Origin: Bdellovibrio sp.
Lineage (GTDB): Bacteria > Bdellovibrionota > Bdellovibrionia > Bdellovibrionales > Bdellovibrionaceae
Assembly (NCBI GenBank): GCA_046070625.1
Contig: JBJTMR010000061.1
Coordinates: forward strand, 570-64,569
DNA length: 64,000 nucleotides
Direction of reading: 5' to 3'
How positions within the stretch are numbered: the first letter of the stretch is position 1; each line of letters starts with the position of its first letter. A program made the position numbers and the translations under genes. The notes under the pieces were generated by a model. The model saw only the letters and a program-made list of their open reading frames with translations, was not told where the DNA came from and made no database searches. Shown here one piece after another: positions 19,183-28,174 of the stretch.

Positions 19183-20037
19183 CTATGAGCGGGCTCTTTT
19201 TTCAGCCAGCAGACATGTATTTTGTAACAGCGTTGTGATTGTCATGGGGCCGACTCCACCTGGCACAGGGCTGGCAGCCTTCGCCCACCCTTGCAACTCT
19301 TCAAAGCGCACATCTCCGCAAAGCTTTCCGCCGTTGCCAGAGCCATGCATCCCCACATCGATAACCACAGCATCTTTTTTAAAATCGTCTTTACCCAAAA
19401 AGCGCGCTTTCCCGGCAGCCACAACCACCAAGTCTGCTTCTTTCGTATATCGAGAAAGATCTTTTGTTTTGGAATGACATAATGTCACTGTCGCATTGGC
19501 TTCCATCAACAAATGAGCCATAGGCTTACCGACGATATTACTGCGACCCACGACGACCGCTCGCATTCCTTCAACATTGATTTTGTAGTGTTTAAGGATC
19601 GTCATCACACCTTCTGGCGTGCAAGGACGGACAATCGGTTGACCCGCAAAGAAATAACCTAAAGAAGCATAGGTCAAGCCATCGGCATCTTTTTCTGGAG
19701 CAAGAGTTTTAAGAACTTCGTGAGAACTTAGATGCGCGGGCAATGGAAACTGAACTAAAATGCCATCTACAGAATCGTCTTGATTCAAAGCCACGATCAA
19801 TTCATTCAACTCTGCCTGAGTGATTTCTTCTGGCAATGTATGAATTGTGGAAGTCATTCCGACCTTTTCACAGGCGAGCTTTTTATTCTTAACGTAAATG
19901 TGGCTCGCCTTATCGTTACCCACGATAATCACAGTCAAATGAGGTGCTCGGCCATGAAGCTCTTTAAAGGCATTAATACGTGGCTGTAACGATGCTCGCA
20001 CCGTCGCTGACACTTCCCTGCCGTCCAAAATGAGCAT
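19183..20037 (-). CDS. folD: Bifunctional methylenetetrahydrofolate dehydrogenase/cyclohydrolase
   Basis: MLILDG, ASHIYVKNK, GILVQFPLP, KDADG, PCTPEG, VGRSNIVGKP, PVPGGVGPMT; start moved to 20037 (GGAGG RBS). Confidence 0.97.
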   Translation of the reverse strand: MLILDGREVSATVRASLQPRINAFKELHGRAPHLTVIIVGNDKASHIYVKNKKLACEKVGMTSTIHTLPEEITQAELNELIVALNQDDSVDGILVQFPLPAHLSSHEVLKTLAPEKDADGLTYASLGYFFAGQPIVRPCTPEGVMTILKHYKINVEGMRAVVVGRSNIVGKPMAHLLMEANATVTLCHSKTKDLSRYTKEADLVVVAAGKARFLGKDDFKKDAVVIDVGMHGSGNGGKLCGDVRFEELQGWAKAASPVPGGVGPMTITTLLQNTCLLAEKRARS

Positions 20038-20204
20038 CACGTACCTCCCCCAATATGAGGCTTCAATTTCCTGCATTTACCAAAGAAATTCAATAGTTTA
20101 GTGCCGTACTGTAAAAATAAAACCCTGGTTTAGCAGACATTTTATGCTTGCTTCGCTTCCCCGATTTAATGTACAAGTTCTTAAAAACACTAGGGGATTT
20201 AAAG

Positions 20205-20495
20205 ATGGCAGAAAAAGTTAAGCTTTCCAAAGACGGTAGCTCCATTGATTTCGTACAATCTGAAAGCCTTCCAACGTCCCTTAAAAAATTCCGCCAAAGC
20301 CCTGAGATCGAAGGTTTCTACCGTTTCGTATTCGAAAACGATCTTCAGAAAGAATCTTACGACATCCTAGATCGCATCATTCAACAACGTAAGATGAAAA
20401 AAGCTGACGCGAAAAAGGAAGCCGCTGCCGCAGCTAAAGAAGAAAAAGCAGCTGCCACGAAAAAGGTCGAAGTTAAGGCCGCTAAAAAGAAATAG
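20205..20495 (+). CDS. Small protein with helical core and Lys/Ala-rich tail
   Basis: Start at ATG 20205 (AGGGG RBS); core FRQSPEIEGFYRFVFENDL; tail KKADAKKEAAAAAKEEKAAATKKVEVKAAKKK. Confidence 0.8.
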   Translation: MAEKVKLSKDGSSIDFVQSESLPTSLKKFRQSPEIEGFYRFVFENDLQKESYDILDRIIQQRKMKKADAKKEAAAAAKEEKAAATKKVEVKAAKKK

Positions 20496-20504
20496 TTCGT
20501 TTCC

Positions 20505-20533
20505 AGAAGTCCGGTCCCCCGGACTTCTTTTTT
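20505..20533 (+). terminator. Intrinsic terminator
   Basis: AGAAGTCCGG-TCCC-CCGGACTTCT followed by TTTTT. Confidence 0.8.
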
Positions 20534-20594
20534 ATCAGGGCTCTTCTTAAGCCCGCACCGACCTTGCAAAGTCCTCCACCACCTGGAGGATCTC

Positions 20595-20864
20595 TTGAAA
20601 AAACCAAATTTCTTAAAAAACAAAAAAGGCCAAGGCCTGATTGAATATCTTATCATCGTCGCGATCGTGGCGGTCGGCAGTATCGCTGTTATTAAAGTTG
20701 TCGGCGGAAATATCGACGTCCAATTTGCCAATGTTGCGCAAGCCCTGGGCGGAACTGAGTCGCAAAAGAAAGAAGCCCACAAAGTCACTGATGGTCTTTA
20801 CAAGAAACGCGACTTCAGCAATTTCTTCGAGGATTCCGTCAATTCCAAGAAAGACAGTAAATAA
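20595..20864 (+). CDS. flp: Flp (type IVc/Tad) pilin with C-terminal extension
   Basis: KKG|QGLIEYLIIVAIVAV prepilin/Flp motif (G-1, E+5, Y+6); GGAGGA RBS, TTG start. Confidence 0.9.
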   Translation: MKKPNFLKNKKGQGLIEYLIIVAIVAVGSIAVIKVVGGNIDVQFANVAQALGGTESQKKEAHKVTDGLYKKRDFSNFFEDSVNSKKDSK

Positions 20865-20866
20865 CC

Positions 20867-21247
20867 ATGACGTCCCTCCCCCACTCGGAAAAAGGGCAGG
20901 GCCTGGTTGAAACGCTTCTTACGCTTCCGATTGCGGCGGCGTTGCTTGCTACCATCATCGCGCTGTCTTACCGGGCCGCCTTGTTTTCCTATGCAGATTT
21001 TCAACTGCATGAGGCCCTGATTTGCACGGATGATTTCGCCCCTCGGGCCTGCGAGACAGACCTGCGGTCTCGGATTCGTAAAATGCTTTTCTTTCAAGAA
21101 TCCTTGGAAGTAAGCATTTCTAAAACGCGCACCAAAGCCACGGGTGCCGTCAACATCCACAAAGTTCACGCAAGTAATTTGTACTATAAGGTTTGGCCCC
21201 CTTTAAGGATTGAAAAGGATTTAACCTTTCCTCTTAAAATACGATGA
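20867..21247 (+). CDS. TadE-like pseudopilin
   Basis: EKG|QGLVETLLTLPI prepilin motif plus hydrophobic helix. Confidence 0.75.
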   Translation: MTSLPHSEKGQGLVETLLTLPIAAALLATIIALSYRAALFSYADFQLHEALICTDDFAPRACETDLRSRIRKMLFFQESLEVSISKTRTKATGAVNIHKVHASNLYYKVWPPLRIEKDLTFPLKIR

Positions 21248-21978
21248 AAAAACAATCTCCTGTCTGTAACAACAAAGGCTATGCCCTGGCGCTGATGGCC
21301 GCTTTATTGCCGGCTTTAATGGGACTTTTGCTGTTGGGTTCTGCCGCCTTGATTACCATTAAAATCAACCAACAATACCTACACACCTGCCGCGCCGAGG
21401 GCCTTCGAGGTCAAAAATTAGTTGCACCCCAATTAAAGCTTCTCATCTCCCTTAATCCGATATCGGTGGCGTTGCGAGCCAAGAAACATTTTGCACTGGG
21501 GAAAATGACTGCGGCCCTAACCAGTCAAAACTACGTCGCCTTATTGAAGGCCACTGCTGATTTCAATACGGCCCTTGAAAACTTACGCAAGCTGGATGCC
21601 CAACAAAAACAACTGATACGGCAATCGAATTTAGTCCTGCGAAGCGCGCACCAAATGGCGCAAATAAAACTACGCAAGGATGGGTTTAACAATAGAAGCC
21701 TTGGAATTCTTGAAAGCACCTTTTCTGTGGAATCCCGTCGGCCACCTCAACTTGCCGTCCATCCGGATGATGCGGACGTAGCTCCGACCTACAGCCTAGA
21801 AGAGGATTTTGAAAACAGACAAGCTTTGGCGCAAAAGTGGCAATACACCCTGCGCGTTGTTCGTCCGCTCAGACGACTTCTGTCAGGAACTTTTCAATTT
21901 GAAAAGTCCTGCGCAATCACTCTCACGGAGGAAAATCAGGTATGGCAACCCAAGGTGAAAAAGGACAAGTCTTCCTAG
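21244..21978 (+). CDS. TadG-like/pseudopilin-type membrane protein
   Basis: NKG|YALALM N-terminus plus hydrophobic helix; ATGA overlap with upstream gene. Confidence 0.6.
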   Translation: MKKQSPVCNNKGYALALMAALLPALMGLLLLGSAALITIKINQQYLHTCRAEGLRGQKLVAPQLKLLISLNPISVALRAKKHFALGKMTAALTSQNYVALLKATADFNTALENLRKLDAQQKQLIRQSNLVLRSAHQMAQIKLRKDGFNNRSLGILESTFSVESRRPPQLAVHPDDADVAPTYSLEEDFENRQALAQKWQYTLRVVRPLRRLLSGTFQFEKSCAITLTEENQVWQPKVKKDKSS

Positions 21979-22124
21979 AATTTATCCTGATTGGACTCTT
22001 CGTCGTATCGGTCATCTTTGTGGCCCAGCGTGAACTTTCAAAACTAAAAACCGTGAACCGGAAATACCAATTCAGCAAGGATCGTTATGATCGAAAAATG
22101 GCGCCAACTAAAAATCGACACTAA
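21942..22124 (+). CDS. Small prepilin-like peptide
   Basis: EKG|QVFLEFILIGLFVV motif (E+5) inside the Tad block. Confidence 0.6.
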   Translation: MATQGEKGQVFLEFILIGLFVVSVIFVAQRELSKLKTVNRKYQFSKDRYDRKMAPTKNRH

Positions 22125-22566
22125 AATTCTGGTGGCAGGATTTATTATTCTGGGACTTCTTTGTTTTTTACTAAGCAGTCCGGCGAAGGATTCCGCCACT
22201 GAAGCCCCATCCGAACCGGCAGCTTCCGTCGACACATTTATACCGCGTGGTTACACCTTGGTACCTGTTGAGCTGGCAAACTCGGCCTCTTTAAGCTCCA
22301 TGGTTGGAGATGTGGGTGGCGTCGTGGACTTATATTTGGCATCTACAGAGACACGCAAAGGGGGCTTGAAAATTGGCGCCCGATTGAAACTCTTAAGAGC
22401 GCCTCTGAACCCGGATCAGTACGCGGTTTTGGTGAATGAGCAGGAAGCCCCCAAGCTCCTAGGTTATTCTGGCCCTTTCACAGCAGTGATTCAAAACCCT
22501 GACTCGCGTGGTTCGCAGTTAGCCACCACGAAAAAAAGAACGATTCAAATCGATTATCAAAACTAG
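22087..22566 (+). CDS. cpaB: CpaB/RcpC-like Tad assembly protein
   Basis: N-terminal TM; IPRGYTLVPVEL...GGVVDLYL RcpC-like signature. Confidence 0.65.
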   Translation: MIEKWRQLKIDTKILVAGFIILGLLCFLLSSPAKDSATEAPSEPAASVDTFIPRGYTLVPVELANSASLSSMVGDVGGVVDLYLASTETRKGGLKIGARLKLLRAPLNPDQYAVLVNEQEAPKLLGYSGPFTAVIQNPDSRGSQLATTKKRTIQIDYQN

Positions 22567-22574
22567 GATAGACC

Positions 22575-23447
22575 ATGAAGACATTCATCACTTTTATTAT
22601 GACCTTTATTTTAGGAAGCCATGCCTCATGGGCAGCGGTCCTCGTTCGCGCTTCTGGCGCGAGTCCCCTGGAATATTCTCAATTTCTGAGTTCTCATCCA
22701 GAATTGAAAACCTATTCTCGATTGTTAGTTGAAAAATCCCAAATCAATCAACGGCAAGAGGAAGAACTGTTTGCACTGGGCGAGCATATTCAAAAAAAAC
22801 CCGATGAAACGTTGAATAAGCTTAAGCGCGCGCAGGCCGACCTGCCGCTGTCCTCAACAAGCCTTCAATATGTTTTTGATCTTTCCAAAAAAGGTTTAGA
22901 AAACACAAAGTCTTCATCTGCCAAAAAGGATTTTAAAAACCTGTACTGCAAGACTGGAACATTGATGACTCCACCGGTTCAAGATTGTGAGATCATGACG
23001 GTGGACTTTAAAGCAATACAACGTCAATGGCCCCAAACAGACATCGTGATGGTGGAATCAGTGCCTTTTAACTTAAACGATGCTGTGTTCCTGGAAATCT
23101 CTTCTGAAAATCAGTATCACTGGACTTTGCTTTCCGACGCGCAGAAACCAGTTCATTTTTATGGAACCTATCAGCACTTCATGCGTCAGCAATTAGCAAC
23201 AGAGGACCTCACGCAAGGGACGTGCTCTGGTTACTCTGCAAACTTTGATGATTTTATGTTGAATTCAGAAGGCCTGATCTTTTTTAATAAAGGCTGTGCT
23301 AAAATGGCCAATGCACCCCAAGGCCCGCAGAATGTTTCAGAGTGGATTGAGAAAAACAAAGCCTGGGTTTATCCCTTAGGCGCACTCCTGATTGGCGGAG
23401 CCGCCTATGCTTTGAAAGATAAAACCTTAGTTATCGAAAAGCCTTAA
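22575..23447 (+). CDS. Secreted protein with C-terminal membrane anchor, unknown function
   Basis: Signal peptide (SWA|AV), four Cys, C-terminal WVYPLGALLIGGAAYAL; 8 nt after cpaB. Confidence 0.7.
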   Translation: MKTFITFIMTFILGSHASWAAVLVRASGASPLEYSQFLSSHPELKTYSRLLVEKSQINQRQEEELFALGEHIQKKPDETLNKLKRAQADLPLSSTSLQYVFDLSKKGLENTKSSSAKKDFKNLYCKTGTLMTPPVQDCEIMTVDFKAIQRQWPQTDIVMVESVPFNLNDAVFLEISSENQYHWTLLSDAQKPVHFYGTYQHFMRQQLATEDLTQGTCSGYSANFDDFMLNSEGLIFFNKGCAKMANAPQGPQNVSEWIEKNKAWVYPLGALLIGGAAYALKDKTLVIEKP

Positions 23448-24701
23448 GGGCTGACCATCAAAAATGACTTCCTTGATTTTATCGTCTTCAATCACCGTCC
23501 ACGAATTTGTGTAATTCGCATCCGGGTGACCATGCACAACAGCTAAGTCGCCAGTGAACTTTTTAATATCCGCTTTCGGGCTTTGCTCGAGAGCTGCTTT
23601 ATTGGCAAAAAACGACGTCGCTTCTATCGGACTGTCACACCCAAAAGAAATGGGAATTTGCGCCGCACGCAGAGCTTCCCACGGAAAAACGAATTTATAA
23701 AGACCTACTAATTTATCCTTCAACCACTTGCGATCGCTTAACCAGTGGCAAGGCTGCATGTGACAACGTATATGCAAGGGCTTCATCATCTGAATAGTTT
23801 CTGGGCGCAGAACTTGTGCATGCTCTAAATTCAAACGACCCACGTACCCTTGGGCGGAAACCTTGCGCGCCGTCTGGACGATGTGATGAGCAGCCTCATC
23901 ACCGATCGTGTGAACTGAAACCTCTAAGCCGGCCGTCCAAGTCTTTTTTAAAATCTCTTCAACTTCCGCAAGATTCCACAAAACCTTACCAAACTTGTTC
24001 CCATGCCCCCCATAAGGCTGAGACAGCAATGCCGTCTCTGAACCTAAAGAGCCATCATAGAAAAACTTAACCCCTTTGGAGCGAAGCAATTTGGTTTCAT
24101 GTTTACGGCAAGCCAACGCCTCTGCGATGACACGATCTAAATCGTTGAGTTCATGGAAAGTGAAATTTTCTTCCACGGCCAGAGTCAGTTCCCCGGCGGT
24201 CTCCATCTCTGTCAGCAAATTCCATAAAGACTCCGTTCCAGACATGTCACGGATATGGGTGAAGCCAGCGCGATTATACAACTTGCAACCGGCAAGGACC
24301 TGTTGCCACTGTTGCGCTTTTTCATAGGGGGGAATTCGTTCCCAAGATTGCAAATGATCTTTTTCTGAAAGGAGGCCTGAATCTGATTGCAGCCCCAGAG
24401 CCTGCAAAGCTTTTGTATTTACCCAAGCCGTGTGGCCATCGGCTCGGCAAAGGTATACCGGAAAATCTGGAAAGGCGGAATCCAGCAATGCTTTAGAGGG
24501 AAGAGCTTTATTGTCCCATTTGTTTTCATCCCAGCCAAATCCGACCAACCAGCCACCGCGAAATGCCGTTTTGCCCCCAAGCTGCAGGTCCTTTACAGAC
24601 TCTGCACTTGGCAAGTTGAATAGATTTAAACCCGCAGCGAATTCGCCGGTTGCGAGAAAATGAGTATGACTGTCATAAAGACGTGGGATCTTTAAAAGCA
24701 T
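23427..24701 (-). CDS. Amidohydrolase 3 family (YtcJ-like)
   Basis: DSHTH, GWLVGFGWDE, RADGHTAWVN, KFFYDGSLGS, VHTIGD, EHAQ, FGCDSP. Confidence 0.9.
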   Translation of the reverse strand: MLLKIPRLYDSHTHFLATGEFAAGLNLFNLPSAESVKDLQLGGKTAFRGGWLVGFGWDENKWDNKALPSKALLDSAFPDFPVYLCRADGHTAWVNTKALQALGLQSDSGLLSEKDHLQSWERIPPYEKAQQWQQVLAGCKLYNRAGFTHIRDMSGTESLWNLLTEMETAGELTLAVEENFTFHELNDLDRVIAEALACRKHETKLLRSKGVKFFYDGSLGSETALLSQPYGGHGNKFGKVLWNLAEVEEILKKTWTAGLEVSVHTIGDEAAHHIVQTARKVSAQGYVGRLNLEHAQVLRPETIQMMKPLHIRCHMQPCHWLSDRKWLKDKLVGLYKFVFPWEALRAAQIPISFGCDSPIEATSFFANKAALEQSPKADIKKFTGDLAVVHGHPDANYTNSWTVIEDDKIKEVIFDGQPLRLFDN

Positions 24702-24729
24702 AAGGCCCTCTGTTTTAGCAGAGGGCCTT
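24702..24729 (-). terminator. Hairpin between the Gly/Met-rich gene and the amidohydrolase
   Basis: AAGGCCCTCTG-N6-CAGAGGGCCTT, perfect 11-bp stem ending immediately before the amidohydrolase ATG. Confidence 0.55.
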
Positions 24730-24753
24730 CATCTTTTTAAGTTTTAATTTTAA

Positions 24754-26832
24754 TTATCGACCCGTTCCAACCGGAGTTGTCGCTGTTCCATTGCCTGGAA
24801 CTGGAATTCCGCCCGGAGTGGTGCCAATTGGCGTAGTACCCGTCGTGCCTGGAGCTGGCAACACGCCGCCACCCATGCCGACACCAGTCGTACCGTTACC
24901 GCTGATGTATCCTGTACCCGTTGAACCGTAGCCCATATTCAAGTACTGAAGTTTCATCTGAAGATTAGAGATCTCTTGGTAGATACTTGCCGCTGCTTGC
25001 TGTTTTTGCATTTGTTGCTGCATGTAAGTTTGTTGCTGTTGCATGTATGATTGATACTGCTGCATTTGCATTTGCATCATTTGTTGTTGCATTTGCATCA
25101 TACCCATATCACCCGCGTAGCCACCCATCATGCCGCCGCCCATGCCACTAGCCATCGCTCCTGGATATGCCATGCCCATTCCAGCCATGCCACCCATCAT
25201 CGAGCCCGGATACGCGCCCATTATGCCGCCGCCCATGCCACCCATCATTGCTCCTGGATAAGCCATACCCATTCCGGCCATGCCACCCATCATCGAACCT
25301 GGATATGCTCCCATGCCGCCGCCTGGATAAGCACCCATTATGCCGCCGCCCATGCCACCCATCATTGCTCCTGGATATGCCATGCCCATTCCAGCCATGC
25401 CACCCATCATCGAGCCCGGATATGCGCCCATACCGCCGCCTGGGTAAGCACCCATTATGCCGCCGCCCATGCCACCCATCATTGCTCCTGGATATGCCAT
25501 GCCCATTCCGGCCATGCCACCCATCATTGCGCCCGGATAGGCCATGCCCATCCCGCCGCCCATATAAGAGCCAACGAAACCATTTGCAATACCATTTACG
25601 AAAGACATGCCGCCACCAGCGTACGGACCCATGCCCGCACCCCAAGGACCAGCAACGCCCCAAGGCCCCATACCGTTAGCATAAATACCTCCGCCCATCA
25701 TAGCGTAAGGATTCATACCACCCATGGCATAAGGGTTCCCCCACATACCATTTCCGTTTGCGCCACCATAAGGACCATAAATTCCGTAAGGTCCACCATT
25801 GTTACCTGCACAACCAAAACCACCGGCACCCGTACCGCCGCCAATTGCCCCGTAAACTCCGGAACCACCACCGATAGCTTGCGCAGCACCTGTCGCCAAG
25901 AACGGAAATCCATAACCCCATGATGGATATGGATTTGATGGGTAACCAAGACTGGCATTGTTTTCTACAACCATCTTGTTTTGTTGATAACCTACATAAG
26001 TTGCAGCTAACCCCAACCCTACGTTCGCAATAACACTTGTCCAGTCCCTTTCAGGTTTTTGGTAAGTGTATCCGTTACCAGAAGCCGCACAGTCTTCACA
26101 AATGCCACCTTCAAGGTTGTCACGTTGTGCTTGGGCTCTTTGGTCGATGGCATCTTGACGAGCATCGTTCAAATCATCTTTTGCATATTCAGCGGCTTTA
26201 TCCAAGTTTGCGACATCATCAAGAAGTTTCATCTTCTTTGCATAAGCCGAACGATAGTCATTCAAACCTTTTTTACAACCTTTGGCATTTGCACGACCGC
26301 CTTCAACGCGATATTTTTGGACGTCACAAACGCCACCATAGACGCCACCGGCTTTATTAGGATCACAAATCTGAGACCATTCACCTTGAGAGAATGGCGA
26401 AGTCGCCAGTCTGTCACCAGAACGACTTACCGGAGAGCCACCTTGATCGCCATCAGCTTCAACATCCCCACCTTGATAACCAGATCCTTTATAGTCAGAG
26501 CAAACGCGCGCATTTTCCATGTGTTCATAGATCGTGCTTGCGTAGTCTTCTGCCAAGGTGTCATCGATGTCGCGTCTAGCGTACTTTAAATCTCTTTCAA
26601 CTTTTGAAAGATCGCGCTTTTTCTGAGCTTTTTGTTTCTGAATTTCGGCGATGGATTGTTTTATCTCGTTCACACGATCGTTATCGCTGGAAGCTCCTGA
26701 AGCACCACCATATCCGTAGGCACAAGCTTGCATACCACCTGCAACACCAACACCGTAAAGCGTTGCTTGAGCACTTACTGCAAGACTCATCACCGCTGTG
26801 ATTGGAACTGCAATGCGCATCAAAAATTTCAT
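24754..26832 (-). CDS. Secreted Gly/Met/Tyr-Pro-Gly-repeat protein
   Basis: Signal peptide (AQA|TL), two coiled coils flanking a Cys-containing domain, a TM-like segment, GM-rich repeats, a poly-Q/M helix and a G/T/P tail. Confidence 0.85.
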   Translation of the reverse strand: MKFLMRIAVPITAVMSLAVSAQATLYGVGVAGGMQACAYGYGGASGASSDNDRVNEIKQSIAEIQKQKAQKKRDLSKVERDLKYARRDIDDTLAEDYASTIYEHMENARVCSDYKGSGYQGGDVEADGDQGGSPVSRSGDRLATSPFSQGEWSQICDPNKAGGVYGGVCDVQKYRVEGGRANAKGCKKGLNDYRSAYAKKMKLLDDVANLDKAAEYAKDDLNDARQDAIDQRAQAQRDNLEGGICEDCAASGNGYTYQKPERDWTSVIANVGLGLAATYVGYQQNKMVVENNASLGYPSNPYPSWGYGFPFLATGAAQAIGGGSGVYGAIGGGTGAGGFGCAGNNGGPYGIYGPYGGANGNGMWGNPYAMGGMNPYAMMGGGIYANGMGPWGVAGPWGAGMGPYAGGGMSFVNGIANGFVGSYMGGGMGMAYPGAMMGGMAGMGMAYPGAMMGGMGGGIMGAYPGGGMGAYPGSMMGGMAGMGMAYPGAMMGGMGGGIMGAYPGGGMGAYPGSMMGGMAGMGMAYPGAMMGGMGGGIMGAYPGSMMGGMAGMGMAYPGAMASGMGGGMMGGYAGDMGMMQMQQQMMQMQMQQYQSYMQQQQTYMQQQMQKQQAAASIYQEISNLQMKLQYLNMGYGSTGTGYISGNGTTGVGMGGGVLPAPGTTGTTPIGTTPGGIPVPGNGTATTPVGTGR
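25141..25560 (-). repeat. Coding tandem repeat, 117-nt (39-aa) unit
   Basis: CC(A/G)GCCATGC recurs at 25181, 25274, 25391 and 25508 (spacings 93, 117, 117); unit GGMAGMGMAYPGAMMGGMGGGIMGAYPGGGMGAYPGSMM. Confidence 0.9.
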
Positions 26833-26876
26833 ACACGATCTCCTGACAAGGATATAAACACACTATTTCGTTACTC

Positions 26877-26904
26877 TAATCGTCAGAAGGAGCGACAGAC
26901 TTGA
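26877..26904 (-). promoter_or_regulatory. Possible sigma-28 promoter for the Gly/Met-rich gene
   Basis: TCAAG-N15-GACGATTA (6/8 match to the GCCGATAA -10). Confidence 0.5.
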
Positions 26905-27034
26905 CTCAAAACAGAGCAGTTCTGCTCAGATGCGAACAAAACTAGACTGTTGTTCAGCAGGTCGTCTTCCATGACAACAAAAGGCCGTTGCAAAATCCTT
27001 TGCAACCACACTTTAAATCCTACACTATCTTCGT

Positions 27035-28144
27035 ATGACGAAGCACACAATTCTTTGTGTAGATGATGAAATAGATAACGTTGAGGCCCTAGAACGGCTC
27101 TTTCGCAAGAAGTACACTGTACTAAAGGCTACGTCTGGAAAAGAAGCTCTCCAGGTACTCGACGAAAATCCAGGACCTCTCGCACTCATTATTACAGACC
27201 AGCGCATGCCGGAAATGACCGGCGTGGAGCTTTTAGAAAAAACTCTGGATTCTCATCCCGAAACAGTTCGCATTCTGCTGACTGGTTATACGGACCTTGA
27301 GTCCGTCATCATGGCTGTGAATAAAGGACAAATCTTTAGATATCTCACAAAACCGTGGGACCCTGTGGATTTATCCAATACGGTCGATCATGCGATTGAA
27401 CGCTTCGCTCTGGGACAAGAGCTTGCGGTGAAAAATACCGAACTGGCCAAGGCCCTGGAAGATCTAAAAAGTCTGGATGTCGCAAAATCAAATTTCATGA
27501 TTTTGATAAATCACGAATTAAAAACTCCTCTGACTTCTATCTTAAGTTTTTCTTCTTTGTTGGGAGAGTCCGCCCTACCGGATGAAGAAAAGCTGATGGT
27601 AAATAGAATTTCCCGCAGTGCTGAACGCCTGAAGAACTTAGTCGATGATGTGTTGCTGGTCGTTCGCGCGGAAACGGATCAACTAAAGATCGATTTACAA
27701 AATATTTCTTTCGCTCAGTTTGATGAGCTTCCAAAGGAAGTCACAAACTTGCTTAATCAAAAACAACTTAAAGTGGTAAGCCAGTTTGAAAATGCCATGG
27801 TGAAGGCCGACGTGCGTTTGATTAAACAAGTCATCCAACGTTTGATCCACAACGCCGCGAAATTCGGTCAAGAAGGCACAGAGATCCACGTCGAAACCAT
27901 TAAAAGCGGCAACAACCTGCGCTTCTTAGTTTCCAACAAAGGCCCCCATATCGAGGCTCGGGTCGTCGACAAGATCATGAAGCCTTTTTATATTGATGAA
28001 GATGTCATGCACCATTCGACAGGCACAGGCTTGGGGTTGACTATTTGTCAGGCTATTTTGAAATCTCACCATTCCCAGTTGCAGTTTAAAAATACTGACC
28101 AGGGAGTTATGGTTTACTTTGAATTGCCCTTGGCGACTGTTTAG
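27035..28144 (+). CDS. Cytoplasmic hybrid kinase (receiver-HisKA-HATPase)
   Basis: LCVDDE, ITDQRMP, TKP; NHELKTPL; HNAAKF, NKGP, GTGLGL. Confidence 0.92.
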   Translation: MTKHTILCVDDEIDNVEALERLFRKKYTVLKATSGKEALQVLDENPGPLALIITDQRMPEMTGVELLEKTLDSHPETVRILLTGYTDLESVIMAVNKGQIFRYLTKPWDPVDLSNTVDHAIERFALGQELAVKNTELAKALEDLKSLDVAKSNFMILINHELKTPLTSILSFSSLLGESALPDEEKLMVNRISRSAERLKNLVDDVLLVVRAETDQLKIDLQNISFAQFDELPKEVTNLLNQKQLKVVSQFENAMVKADVRLIKQVIQRLIHNAAKFGQEGTEIHVETIKSGNNLRFLVSNKGPHIEARVVDKIMKPFYIDEDVMHHSTGTGLGLTICQAILKSHHSQLQFKNTDQGVMVYFELPLATV

Positions 28145-28174
28145 TCAACGTCGCCAAAGTATCAAGATATACTT

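Noticed and set aside
25141-25560. 117-nt direct repeats as a possible CRISPR array
   Set aside because: Repeats are contiguous with no unique spacers, in frame within a CDS, and no cas genes are present.
25051-25923. 290-aa His/Ala/Thr-rich plus-strand ORF (and 25148-25663, 25167-25679)
   Set aside because: Antisense or alternate-frame shadows of the Gly/Met repeat; stop-free only because of the repeat's codon content; no RBS or domain.
26988-27005. TTGCAAA-N4-TTTGCAA palindrome upstream of the hybrid kinase
   Set aside because: Single occurrence of a short AT-rich palindrome; cannot be distinguished from chance or a -35 box without more data.
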